A stretch of 64,000 nt of DNA, taken from the IMG/VR virus record IMGVR_UViG_2061766007_000627; one strand, given 5' to 3'. The DNA is from an uncultured virus (IMG/VR IMGVR_UViG_2061766007_000627) (taxonomy: Duplodnaviria > Heunggongvirae > Uroviricota > Caudoviricetes). The notes under the pieces were generated by a model. That model was not told the DNA's origin, made no database searches, and saw only the letters and a program-made list of their open reading frames with translations. Position numbers and translations under genes: made by a program. Below are positions 1 to 9,661 of this stretch, in pieces (the first letter of the stretch is position 1; each line of letters starts with the position of its first letter).

Positions 1-8
1 GCTAAATT
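1..8 (+). promoter_or_regulatory. Candidate phage late-promoter motif GCTAAATT
   Basis: The same motif (TTGCTAAATT) lies in intergenic DNA at 17273 and 51198, each upstream of structural genes. Confidence 0.4.
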
Positions 9-44
9 TAACATAAGGTGAGATTCTATCTTAAAAGAATAATA

Positions 45-76
45 AGGGTAGATGGAATCTCCGTCTACCCTGTTTT
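45..76 (+). terminator. Stem-loop, terminator-like or 5'-UTR hairpin
   Basis: AGGGTAGATGGA-ATC-TCCGTCTACCCT (12-bp stem, one G-U pair) followed by GTTTT. Confidence 0.6.
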
Positions 77-100
77 AATGAAAAAGGAGTTGATTATTTT

Positions 101-853
101 ATGACAGCAGATGCTCGTATCGCTGAAACCTTTACCTTACCGTCAAGAGGACTTATTTATGAAGAAAAAGTAAACCCAGAAGTAGTTTTGGGTAGTATGA
201 AAACTAAACACGAAATGTTAAGGCTCTCTGCATCTGAAAACAGTAATAAGATAATGGCAGACATTATTGATGATTGTCTTACTACTGATGTCGGTATTTC
301 TTCTTATGATATGTGTCTTGGTGATTTCCAGTTTTTAATGTATAAGTTAAGAACTGTTACATTTGGACCTGAGTATGAGATGTATGGCATTTGTCCTTAT
401 TGCGGGGCAGACAATACAGTAACAGTAAATCTTGATGAATTGGAAGTTTATGAGTATACAGATGAATTAAGCGACCTGCTTACGCTTACTTTACCTGTTA
501 GTGAAAATGAAATTACATTGACTTTACAGACACCAAGAATACTCGATAAGATACATAAGAAAGTAAATGAATCGAAGCGAAGAAGGCGTGCAAATGAAAA
601 TCCATCTTTGCTTTATAATATTACTACATCAATCACACACATTGATGGGGAGATACCTAATCAATTCACATTAGAAGAATTCGTTAAAAATCTTCCGATG
701 AAAGATACCAACATGTTACTCAATAGAATAAACGAGATAAATATGAAGATTGGTGTTCAATTAGAAATTGATGCCGTGTGTTCAGAATGTGGCAGGTATT
801 ATGCTGCGCCCTTTCGTATCCAGTCAGAATTTTTTAGACCTGGTAATATCTGA
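101..853 (+). CDS. Tail/baseplate assembly chaperone (T4 gp26-like)
   Basis: N-terminal TLPSRG, two CxxC pairs (CPYC, CSEC), C-terminal EFFRP, AGGAG RBS, located just upstream of the tape measure gene. Confidence 0.7.
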   Translation: MTADARIAETFTLPSRGLIYEEKVNPEVVLGSMKTKHEMLRLSASENSNKIMADIIDDCLTTDVGISSYDMCLGDFQFLMYKLRTVTFGPEYEMYGICPYCGADNTVTVNLDELEVYEYTDELSDLLTLTLPVSENEITLTLQTPRILDKIHKKVNESKRRRRANENPSLLYNITTSITHIDGEIPNQFTLEEFVKNLPMKDTNMLLNRINEINMKIGVQLEIDAVCSECGRYYAAPFRIQSEFFRPGNI

Positions 854-1043
854 TTACGGCGCTAAAACAAGAATTTTAGAAAATCTTGTTAAAGAAAGAT
901 ACTACATAACCAAGTTTCTGCATACCTCATATTTAGATACCGATGAGATAACACACATTGAAAGAAACATGTTGTTGAAGTTTATTAAAGAAGATAAAGA
1001 GCAAGAGATTAAGCAGATTAAAAATGTGCGAAATAGAACTTAA
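768..1043 (+). CDS. gp51-like chaperone segment, probably a frameshift extension of 101..853
   Basis: Open +1 frame overlapping the end of the previous gene, with no RBS or ATG after the stop at 853. A T6 run lies at 830-835. The sequence LENLVKERYY...EITHIERNMLL resembles gp51/GT-type tails. Confidence 0.55.
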   Translation: MMPCVQNVAGIMLRPFVSSQNFLDLVISDYGAKTRILENLVKERYYITKFLHTSYLDTDEITHIERNMLLKFIKEDKEQEIKQIKNVRNRT

Positions 1044-1051
1044 AGGATTAT

Positions 1052-3694
1052 TTGATGGCTGATACCCCTAATTTAACTTCTAAACAGTTTAAGCATAGCA
1101 GTGAGATAAGAAGAATGCTTCGTAAATCTTCAGATATGCCGTCTATTACTGATTCTGATATTAAGCGATATAAGGCTATTGCAGAGTCGCTTAATAAAAC
1201 TTTGCGTGATTCTCTTACTAAGCAACAGCAGCTAAAAAAAGAAGTTGCGGCAGGAAATGAAAAAGCGGCAGAGCAACTTACAATACAGCGTGAGTATGCA
1301 CGCAATCTGCAAGGCAGTATTGAGCATTATAAAGAACTTGCTAGTGCGCAAGAACATATAAATGAACTTGAACGCTTACGTGAAAAGAGAATACAAAAGC
1401 GTATAGAAGACATCCAGTCCGAAGTAAAGTTTGTTCATGCAGGTGCAATACAAGAATTTAATTACAACATACAACGTATAAAGGATGAGAAGAAACTTTT
1501 TGATGCAAAAAAAGCATTTTTTGATTTAGAAGAAACTTCTTATACTGCAACACGAAGGTCGCTTAAACAAGAGATTGAATTAAATGAGCAAATTTTATCA
1601 TCGCAAGTAGCTACTGATGAAGAAAAGCGACAAGCACTTGAAGATGTTATTAAACAGCAAAAAGAACTTAATGATTTAGAAGAACGGCGTGAAAAGCGTA
1701 CTTCTGAAGCAAGTATGCGTATTTATGCCGCTAATCAAGTATCTGAGGAAAAGGAAAAAGAAGGACCAGTATCTAAAATAGGCACACTTTTTTCTGATAT
1801 GAAATCTGCATTTGCAATAAATAAAGATGCAGGTATGTCGCCAATAAAAGCGATATTAAGTGTAAAAGATACTATTAAAGAAGGTAATTCTAAATCTACT
1901 CAAACATTAGAAAAACTCGGCGGTATTCTTACGAGTGGGTTTAACTCAATGAATGCCATGATAGACAATGCCGCGCGTGTTGTTGAAGCTGGATATGGTT
2001 CTGTTACTGCCGCTATTGATGGTACTGGGAAAACATTTGAAGATATAAGAGAGAATTTTCTCGGTGGCATAAAACAACCTGGTGTCGGTATTTCTACACT
2101 TGTTAAGCAAGAAGATTTATTAAAAGAAGTTACAAATCTTGCAAGAGATGGTATCTCAACCGATTTAGAGTCTATTTCAATTTTATCTACCATCAGAGAT
2201 AAAACAGTTGCTTCGTTCCAAGTTACAGATGGTAATCTGCGTAGATTAATTAGGTTAAACCAAAATCTTGGAAATCTTACTGCGAAGCAGTTTGGTCTTG
2301 CCGCTGTTCTTCGTACAGAATTAAATGCCGCCTTTGGTGATTCTTCATATATAGGCAGAATGTTCCAGCAGTTGACAGGAACTCTTCTTGACGCTGTTTC
2401 TGCAAATGCACTTAAAGGAAGTACAGACAGCACGAATTTCTATGCTGTTATGGAAACTTTTGCCGCAGGTATGTATGAAGCAGGCGTAGATGAGGGAACA
2501 GTATCTTCAATTGCACAAGGACTTAATTACCTCGGTAGTGGTAATATAAATGCTTTATCTGGAAATAAGACATTACAAAACTTACTGCTGTTGAGTATGG
2601 ATAGAGTTGGTATGGACTATGCCACTATCTTACAGCAAGGTTTAACTACTGAAGATACAGCCGATTTACTGCAGTCTATCATAGACTATCTCGCACAGAT
2701 AACAGAGCAGAATTCAAAGAATAATGTTCTTCAATCGTCCTATGCAAATCTGTTTAATCTTTCAATAACAGATATGGCGGCTANNNNNNNNNNNNNNNNN
2801 NNNNNNNNNNNNNNNNNNNNNNNNGATAACAACTATGCTATGTCTATGGCGATAGAAGAACTCAATCAGGTTTCTAATCGTACAATATTCAGTGAGAAGA
2901 TGAATAATGTATTTGAGAACTTGAAGTTTACTATGGGGTCTGGCGTAGCAAGCAGTAAGTGGGCGTATCCTACAAACTTGATTTCACGACTTGGTGTTCA
3001 AGCAGGACAAATGATGCAAGATGTCGGAATGACCATCGCAGGTAAAGTCACAAAGATAGCAAGTGGTATCGGTTATGCTATTTCGCTTCTTGGTGGTGTT
3101 GATGATGTTCTTGCTGGTCTTGGTGCAGGAATTAACTCAATAAATAATGGTTCTACAAACACATTATCGAATTACTTTACCACTACGTTTAGTGATAACG
3201 GCGGTATTTATGATTTGGGAATGATGCCATCGTCAGTGGAATATTCTAAACAAGGTTCTGGTAGTTTCAAAGGCTTTGATGACGGCGGTGATTATGAACA
3301 ACGGACAAAGCAGAAAGAAGTCTATAAAGAGTCTGAAAAGTGGGAGCAAGAGCAGAAAGAATCTGAGGAAGACCCAAATACAAAGATATTAAAAGAGTTT
3401 GAAAAGACTTTAATGAAGGCGAATGAGGGTGATGGTTACGCATTTGCCGTATCATTACAAGGCATGAGTGATGGAGTATTGAGGTCATTTGCTTCTATCT
3501 TCGCTGATGAAGATGCCATGATGGAAACCTTGACGGGTAAGAATAATGCTCTTGAACAGAACAATACATTTATAGATTATGTAACTGATACATCATCAAA
3601 GAGGTCTGCAAACAGTTCATCTTCAACGAACAGCAGTAAATCAGGAAATGTATCGAATGCTACTGCAAACGCAGTCCGTGCCGCAAATAGATAG
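1052..3694 (+). CDS. Tail tape measure protein
   Basis: About 880 aa, coiled-coil N-terminus, Ala/Gly-rich helical body, located between chaperone and baseplate genes. Spans an N-gap. Confidence 0.75.
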   Translation: MMADTPNLTSKQFKHSSEIRRMLRKSSDMPSITDSDIKRYKAIAESLNKTLRDSLTKQQQLKKEVAAGNEKAAEQLTIQREYARNLQGSIEHYKELASAQEHINELERLREKRIQKRIEDIQSEVKFVHAGAIQEFNYNIQRIKDEKKLFDAKKAFFDLEETSYTATRRSLKQEIELNEQILSSQVATDEEKRQALEDVIKQQKELNDLEERREKRTSEASMRIYAANQVSEEKEKEGPVSKIGTLFSDMKSAFAINKDAGMSPIKAILSVKDTIKEGNSKSTQTLEKLGGILTSGFNSMNAMIDNAARVVEAGYGSVTAAIDGTGKTFEDIRENFLGGIKQPGVGISTLVKQEDLLKEVTNLARDGISTDLESISILSTIRDKTVASFQVTDGNLRRLIRLNQNLGNLTAKQFGLAAVLRTELNAAFGDSSYIGRMFQQLTGTLLDAVSANALKGSTDSTNFYAVMETFAAGMYEAGVDEGTVSSIAQGLNYLGSGNINALSGNKTLQNLLLLSMDRVGMDYATILQQGLTTEDTADLLQSIIDYLAQITEQNSKNNVLQSSYANLFNLSITDMAAXXXXXXXXXXXXXXDNNYAMSMAIEELNQVSNRTIFSEKMNNVFENLKFTMGSGVASSKWAYPTNLISRLGVQAGQMMQDVGMTIAGKVTKIASGIGYAISLLGGVDDVLAGLGAGINSINNGSTNTLSNYFTTTFSDNGGIYDLGMMPSSVEYSKQGSGSFKGFDDGGDYEQRTKQKEVYKESEKWEQEQKESEEDPNTKILKEFEKTLMKANEGDGYAFAVSLQGMSDGVLRSFASIFADEDAMMETLTGKNNALEQNNTFIDYVTDTSSKRSANSSSSTNSSKSGNVSNATANAVRAANR

Positions 3695-3705
3695 AGGGTT
3701 AAATA

Positions 3706-5295
3706 ATGCAAGAGTTTAATAAAGTTTCGACAACTTCAAACTTCATAAAACAACTGTTAAATACAACATATCTTCCAGTAGTCAGAACTGTTCAAGCAGG
3801 AGATTATATTGTAGAGGGCAGAGATTATTTATATAAATGTGAGATAATCAGGTGTGATAAATCCGGATATATTATTCCGTATGTCGGTGCAGATTTATCA
3901 CCCTCTGCCGCTTTTCATCGAATAGGGGAGTATACTTTCGGAGAAAAGAATGGAAAACTCTGTACTAATTTTCAATCAAATCACGAAGGTTATGACGCAT
4001 TGACACACGAGCGTTTAGGTGATTACTGCCGTGCGTTGCGTGACATGTATGGTCTTAACCTTATGCCTTTATATAATTGCTTTTCAAGAAACTCGCTTGG
4101 GCAGTATCATATATTTACAGATAAAATAGTCAAGACAAACTATAACTACCATACAAAGGTGTATAAGGTTCCGATTAGGTTTAATACCGACTACACTATC
4201 TGTATTGAGAATGTTGGGAAAACAACTTTTGCTCCTGCGTTCATTAGAAATGACCATCTTGTATATCTCAACAAGACAGCAATAGGTGATAACATTGATG
4301 TCACAAACAGATACATCTCATTACATACGAATGATGTTATTTCTACATATAGTGGACTGCGTTTCTTTGACCCAATAGTTATCAGATATGATAACATTCC
4401 TGAAACGAAAACGGTCAAATACACGGTAAACACATCTTCATATGAGTATGAGAAAATAGAAGTATCTGAAACTGAATTGTTAAATTATTTTACTGCCGTA
4501 CAGCCAGCGCAAGAAGCATTTGTAGGTAATGAAAGTATGTTTTATATTCGTACCTCAACTTCTCCGTTTTTAAGAACTTGTGTGGCAGGCGATTGGGATA
4601 GTACAGCGGGTGCAACCAATATTTTCTATGTAAGCAAAATAAACCCGTCAAGTGCTGGCTGGTACGAACACACTAATCCAGATACTTGGAGTGCAAGTAC
4701 AGACACACAAATAACCATTAGTAAAATTTTGCCAAATAGCCCACAGGGATATTTTATAAAGAGTAGGGTGCAAAATACATCGTCATATACTTATGATATA
4801 GAAGATGTGCATTGTGCTATGTATGATGCGATTGAAGATATTTTTTACATGCTTATACAAGTGCCTGATTCGTTTGATTCTAATATTGTAATCTTGGAGG
4901 GTGATTATCGCAATACTCAGTCTGATAAGTATTTTAACGAAACAGATTTGAATAAGTACCCGGAGAACTATCTTGATAAACTTTTTACACACGATATTCG
5001 TTTGATGAGAATGAACGTGCCAGTAGTCACACCGTTTTCAGATTCGCTTGTACAGTTCTTATTATGGCATGTAATTTGCGGTCTTGATACCATCAATCTT
5101 GATATGGATAGACTTCTCGCATCAATAAGAAATCTGTACATGGATATTGATGATAAATATTATGCAAACTATTGGTACTTCAGATATAGAGAACTTATCA
5201 GTCGATATGCAAAGCACAATCGCTATGAATATATAGACGATAACTTTGGATACGTTACTACAGAAATTGAAGATTTACTGAATAGGAGATGGTAA
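3706..5295 (+). CDS. Hypothetical virion/baseplate-associated protein
   Basis: 529-aa ORF in the tail operon. Contains NPSSAGWYE...STDT, a repeat unit shared with the wedge protein at 17693. Confidence 0.55.
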   Translation: MQEFNKVSTTSNFIKQLLNTTYLPVVRTVQAGDYIVEGRDYLYKCEIIRCDKSGYIIPYVGADLSPSAAFHRIGEYTFGEKNGKLCTNFQSNHEGYDALTHERLGDYCRALRDMYGLNLMPLYNCFSRNSLGQYHIFTDKIVKTNYNYHTKVYKVPIRFNTDYTICIENVGKTTFAPAFIRNDHLVYLNKTAIGDNIDVTNRYISLHTNDVISTYSGLRFFDPIVIRYDNIPETKTVKYTVNTSSYEYEKIEVSETELLNYFTAVQPAQEAFVGNESMFYIRTSTSPFLRTCVAGDWDSTAGATNIFYVSKINPSSAGWYEHTNPDTWSASTDTQITISKILPNSPQGYFIKSRVQNTSSYTYDIEDVHCAMYDAIEDIFYMLIQVPDSFDSNIVILEGDYRNTQSDKYFNETDLNKYPENYLDKLFTHDIRLMRMNVPVVTPFSDSLVQFLLWHVICGLDTINLDMDRLLASIRNLYMDIDDKYYANYWYFRYRELISRYAKHNRYEYIDDNFGYVTTEIEDLLNRRW

Positions 5296-5958
5296 ATGGC
5301 TATTCAAGTAAAAAAGAAATTAAGTATACCAGAAGAAAATTACATTTATTTTCATCATACGGGGCTGGGGATAATAATTCCAGTTGACCCCGATGCGATT
5401 TCAGACAGCACAAATGCTTCATTCCCATCACAAACACCTTTAAGCAGAAGTGCCCCGATTTATTCGTATCAAAATTCTGGTCCGAGAACTGTCGGTGTGA
5501 ATTTCACATTACATAGAGATTTATGTAATGAGTATAACAATCTTGGATATGATGCAGTAGATTTACTTATAGACAATCTTGACCAAGCAGTTTTGCCTGA
5601 TTACAATTCAGCAGGAAAGATAGTAAATCCACCGATTGTATCTCTTAAACTTCGTGATGAGATATTTATTAAAGGCGTTGTTAGCATGATGTCCCACACG
5701 TTTAGTTTACCGATTATAAACTATGGCGGAAAGAATAAGTACGCTGTAGTTGGGTTTAACTTTTCTGTGAGTGAAGTAACTCCGTATAGTGCAAGCATAC
5801 TTCCAAATATCGGACAATACAGAAATACATCTGGAATTAGCACAAGTGGTGCGGCACTTTCGTCACTGGGTGGAATTGCTGGTGCTATTAGTGGAATGAC
5901 AAATTCTAATGGCATCGCTTCTGGTGGCGCTGGTATTACTACTATGATGACGAGGTAA
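5296..5958 (+). CDS. Tail tube initiator / baseplate hub-like protein
   Basis: SRSAPIYSYQNSGPRTV.V.F.L and PPIV.L motifs typical of contractile-tail tube-initiator proteins; located before the LysM gene. Confidence 0.6.
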   Translation: MAIQVKKKLSIPEENYIYFHHTGLGIIIPVDPDAISDSTNASFPSQTPLSRSAPIYSYQNSGPRTVGVNFTLHRDLCNEYNNLGYDAVDLLIDNLDQAVLPDYNSAGKIVNPPIVSLKLRDEIFIKGVVSMMSHTFSLPIINYGGKNKYAVVGFNFSVSEVTPYSASILPNIGQYRNTSGISTSGAALSSLGGIAGAISGMTNSNGIASGGAGITTMMTR

Positions 5959-5967
5959 TTTATACGC

Positions 5968-6750
5968 ATGGCAACTATGACAGGTTTTGTACACACGCTT
6001 GATTGTAATGATAAGCCGATTGAGATTATACCGATAGCAGATTTACATATAGGTGACCCTGCATGTCAAATGAATGTGGTGAAATCTTTAATCAATGATT
6101 TGTCGGAGAACGACAATAGATACACAATACTTATTGGCGACTTAATGAATACCGCAATAGCAGGGTCAAAGAGTGATTTCTATGGAGAAATACTTAAACC
6201 CTCTGAACAGTTACGCAACTGTTACGAGATATTTGAACCAGTTAAAGATAAAATATTAGGTATTGTTTCTGGTAATCATGAAGAGCGTATATCTAAATCC
6301 GTTGGCGTTGATATGACACAACTGCTTGCATCAGAGTTAGGACTTTCACATTTATACTCCGACACAAGCAGTCTAATCTTCTTACGTTTCGGACAGCGTA
6401 AGGATAACAAGAAACATAAAATAACATACAGTATTTATGTTAATCATGGACATGGCGGTGGCAGACGACCTGGAGGTAAAATAAATGCACTAGCAGATTT
6501 TGGCTCAATTATAGATGCAGATTGTTTTATCGTTGGACATACTCATTTACCTGCAACTTTTAAAGATAGAGCATTTAGGATTGTTTCTCAATCAGGTAGT
6601 GCTATTCTTCGTGAAAGACTTTTCGTTAATACTGCTTCCGCATTAGATTATTCTGGATACGGCAATAGAAAAGGGTATCAGCCTGTATCGAATAGTTATC
6701 CTATTATCACATTGAGTAACACATCGCATCACATGACAGTATCAATCTAA
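5968..6750 (+). CDS. Calcineurin-like metallophosphoesterase
   Basis: Complete motif set: DLH, GD, GNHE, HGH, GHTH. Confidence 0.85.
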   Translation: MATMTGFVHTLDCNDKPIEIIPIADLHIGDPACQMNVVKSLINDLSENDNRYTILIGDLMNTAIAGSKSDFYGEILKPSEQLRNCYEIFEPVKDKILGIVSGNHEERISKSVGVDMTQLLASELGLSHLYSDTSSLIFLRFGQRKDNKKHKITYSIYVNHGHGGGRRPGGKINALADFGSIIDADCFIVGHTHLPATFKDRAFRIVSQSGSAILRERLFVNTASALDYSGYGNRKGYQPVSNSYPIITLSNTSHHMTVSI

Positions 6751-6761
6751 AGGGAATTGTT

Positions 6762-7085
6762 ATGGATATATTGACAAATAAAACAGCAAAAACAAGTCCA
6801 TATTATTCAAGATATAATGGTCTTTACTACTATTATAATAAGCGTGATAAAAAGAATCAGATGGCGACTTCTCGTTGGTTAAGTCAGAATAATACATATT
6901 CTACTTATACAGTACAAGAGGGCGATACTTACGATTCTATTGCATTGTGGTTTTACAACAACCCGACTTATTACTGGATAATTTGTGATTTCAATAGGAT
7001 ACTCGACCCATTAAAAAAACCTGAAGTTGGAGATGTGCTGTATATACCAACAATGGGAAGTGGCTTTAAGTATGAGGAATACTGA
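6762..7085 (+). CDS. LysM-domain baseplate protein (P2 gpX / T4 gp53-like)
   Basis: YTVQEGDTYDSIALWFY...YWIICDFN...GDVLYIP. Confidence 0.85.
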   Translation: MDILTNKTAKTSPYYSRYNGLYYYYNKRDKKNQMATSRWLSQNNTYSTYTVQEGDTYDSIALWFYNNPTYYWIICDFNRILDPLKKPEVGDVLYIPTMGSGFKYEEY

Positions 7086-9661
7086 TGGGAGTAAAATTTG
7101 TTCCTAGAACATCTGCGCCAAAACTTACTGCATTAACTAAGGATTATTTCGATGCACGCAATAATCCTTGGGGTATAAGTCCAGCGGCAAAAATAGCATG
7201 TAGAGATTCTCGTATCTATGCTTGGTGTAGATTTTATGAACTTCACAATCAAAAGCCTGTAGGATTTCCTGATAAAAATGTTCCTGCGAAAGATTGGTAC
7301 AAAAAAGTTTCTGATAAGTATAAGCGTGGCAGTACTCCGAAATTAGGTGCGATACTCTGTTTGTCTGGCGGTAAAGATGGTGCAGGAAAAGTTGCTATTG
7401 TTGAGCAACTTTTGTATGATAAGTCACTACAACTTATCGGTATCAAGACATCAGAAGCGAACAGTAGCACTAATTTTGATATTGTACAGCGTGGGAAATC
7501 CCTGCAGTATGTGTCACTTTCAGAAAGCGTTACGAAGTACCCGTATAAATTTATAGGGTTTATCTATCCTACTGTAAATTTTGATGACCCGATTTTAGTA
7601 TTTACAGATACTGGTCAGGCGATACAAAGAGCCACTACCACAGCATCTTCAGCAGTTGGGTCAACAGTTTCTAATGCCGTATCGCAATCTGCGTCTGCAC
7701 AAACATCATCTGGTCCTAAATTTGTTCCTCGTTTAAGTAAACCTGATTATTCTAATAAATATTATCAAGCGAAGAATAATCCATGGGGATACAGCCCATT
7801 AGATAGTGGGAATTGTACTACATACGCATGGTGTAGATTTCATGAGATACTAGGGTCATTGTCAGATGCACCTGGGTGTCATCTTTCTACTTCTCATGCA
7901 GAATACTGGTTTGATGGCACGACTGGATATAAAACAGGTAAAACTCCAAAATTAGGTGCCATTCTTTGTTTGCGTGATGGTAATTTTTCTGGTTTAGGGC
8001 ACGTTGCTGTTGTAGAAGAAATAAAAGAAAATGGTGACATTGTTACTTCAGAAGGTGGGTATAATGCTTATACTTTTGAAGTTAAAACTAGACCAAAATC
8101 TCAAAATTATGTTCCTTATGGTGGGTATGGTTTTCAAGGTTTTATTTATTCTCCAATAGATTTTAGCGGAACGGGTCTGCCTACTGAGGGCGAAACCGAA
8201 GAAGAAGCAGGAATTGATTGGCAGAAGCGTGCATCCAAACTTATATCTTCAGATAACTATACTTTTATAACTGTTGAGGAAGAAGAAAAGAAAGAAACAC
8301 CAAATAGTACGGCTTCTTTGTTTAAGAGTTCATTAGAAAATCTGCAGAAGCAAACATACCAGTCAGTAATAACTAATGTTTCAAACTCGTTACTCTCTAT
8401 TATTAGTGATACATTTGCACAAGCAGTCAGCAAAGTAGTTCAGTCAGTACCAAGAACGGTACATAAAAAACAAGCATTTCTTTCTTTGGGGGATAATACT
8501 GTTGAAGCTCCTTTTATTGAATTAGAGATAGACGGATACAAAATTGGTTCATATGGTGGTACTTTAGATAACTATCCTAACTATGTGACGGAACTGCAGG
8601 TTAGCAAGCAGAACGGTGTTATAAATCAGTATACGATACATTTAACACATCAAGTGCGATATGGAGATGACCCAAATCTGTTAGATGAACTTTTATCAAG
8701 AGTGAATTATGATAAAATTTCTATCAAATATGGCGATTGTAATACAGGAACTTACTTTCAAGATACTGAAGCAATCATAACGAATGTGTCTATGAGCAGA
8801 AGTTATACGAATATGAATATATCATATACAGTAGAAGCCACTTCTGCGGGGGAACTTGTTAAAACATATACAACAACTTTCCCAGCCGTGACGGATAGAC
8901 CATCCNNNNNNNNNNNNNNNNNNNGAACAAGCCGTATATCACAAGCGATTCAATCAGCATTTCCTGGAATGAGGAATAAAACTTTTGTAGACAGTAATAA
9001 TCTTCTTCCGAATAATGACGCAGTTGTAAGTCTTGACGCACAGCATAACGTCAATGCAATTGACTATCTAAACTATCTTGTTGCAAACATGAGCAATCAG
9101 GTAGTTGATGGTGTGATACGTCAGTCTACTTACTATATGACTTTTATTGATAATGACCCCAACAATGAAGATGGGGCGTATTTCAAAGTTACAGAGGTAT
9201 CATCTGATTTAGACCCTTATGCAATAACGGATAAGGTGTATAGTATCACAGTGGGATATAATGATGATATTGTATACAACTTCTCTGTTGATAGCACAGA
9301 TGCGTGGGAGTTGCTATATAACAACAGTGAGAAGTCTACAGAATATTTTTATTCAATCAGCAATAGCGGAGATGTAGAAAAAACATTTTCTCCCACACTT
9401 GTGTCTTCTGTTAATGCTATGAGTGAAATAGGAAAGAACTGGTGGACACAAATGGTAAAGTTCCCGATAACAGCATCGCTTACGATTAAGGGACTGTTAA
9501 AACCAATTATGCTGATGGACTATATTAATATTGATGTGCTATTTTACGGAGTACCGCATATTACAAGTGGGGTCTATGCTATAGTTGGGCAGACGGATAG
9601 ATTATCGGGTATAGGATATACTACAACCTTATCTTTAATTAGAGTTGGAAGTAATGTATGA
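7085..9661 (+). CDS. Baseplate hub paralogue 1 with two N-terminal CHAP domains
   Basis: CHAP motifs NCTTYAW...GHVAVVE in repeat 2, degenerate in repeat 1. C-terminal ~385 aa (VEAP...SG.Y...QTD.LSG.GYTTTLSL.R) is gp27/gpD-like. Confidence 0.8.
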   Translation: MGVKFVPRTSAPKLTALTKDYFDARNNPWGISPAAKIACRDSRIYAWCRFYELHNQKPVGFPDKNVPAKDWYKKVSDKYKRGSTPKLGAILCLSGGKDGAGKVAIVEQLLYDKSLQLIGIKTSEANSSTNFDIVQRGKSLQYVSLSESVTKYPYKFIGFIYPTVNFDDPILVFTDTGQAIQRATTTASSAVGSTVSNAVSQSASAQTSSGPKFVPRLSKPDYSNKYYQAKNNPWGYSPLDSGNCTTYAWCRFHEILGSLSDAPGCHLSTSHAEYWFDGTTGYKTGKTPKLGAILCLRDGNFSGLGHVAVVEEIKENGDIVTSEGGYNAYTFEVKTRPKSQNYVPYGGYGFQGFIYSPIDFSGTGLPTEGETEEEAGIDWQKRASKLISSDNYTFITVEEEEKKETPNSTASLFKSSLENLQKQTYQSVITNVSNSLLSIISDTFAQAVSKVVQSVPRTVHKKQAFLSLGDNTVEAPFIELEIDGYKIGSYGGTLDNYPNYVTELQVSKQNGVINQYTIHLTHQVRYGDDPNLLDELLSRVNYDKISIKYGDCNTGTYFQDTEAIITNVSMSRSYTNMNISYTVEATSAGELVKTYTTTFPAVTDRPSXXXXXXXTSRISQAIQSAFPGMRNKTFVDSNNLLPNNDAVVSLDAQHNVNAIDYLNYLVANMSNQVVDGVIRQSTYYMTFIDNDPNNEDGAYFKVTEVSSDLDPYAITDKVYSITVGYNDDIVYNFSVDSTDAWELLYNNSEKSTEYFYSISNSGDVEKTFSPTLVSSVNAMSEIGKNWWTQMVKFPITASLTIKGLLKPIMLMDYINIDVLFYGVPHITSGVYAIVGQTDRLSGIGYTTTLSLIRVGSNV

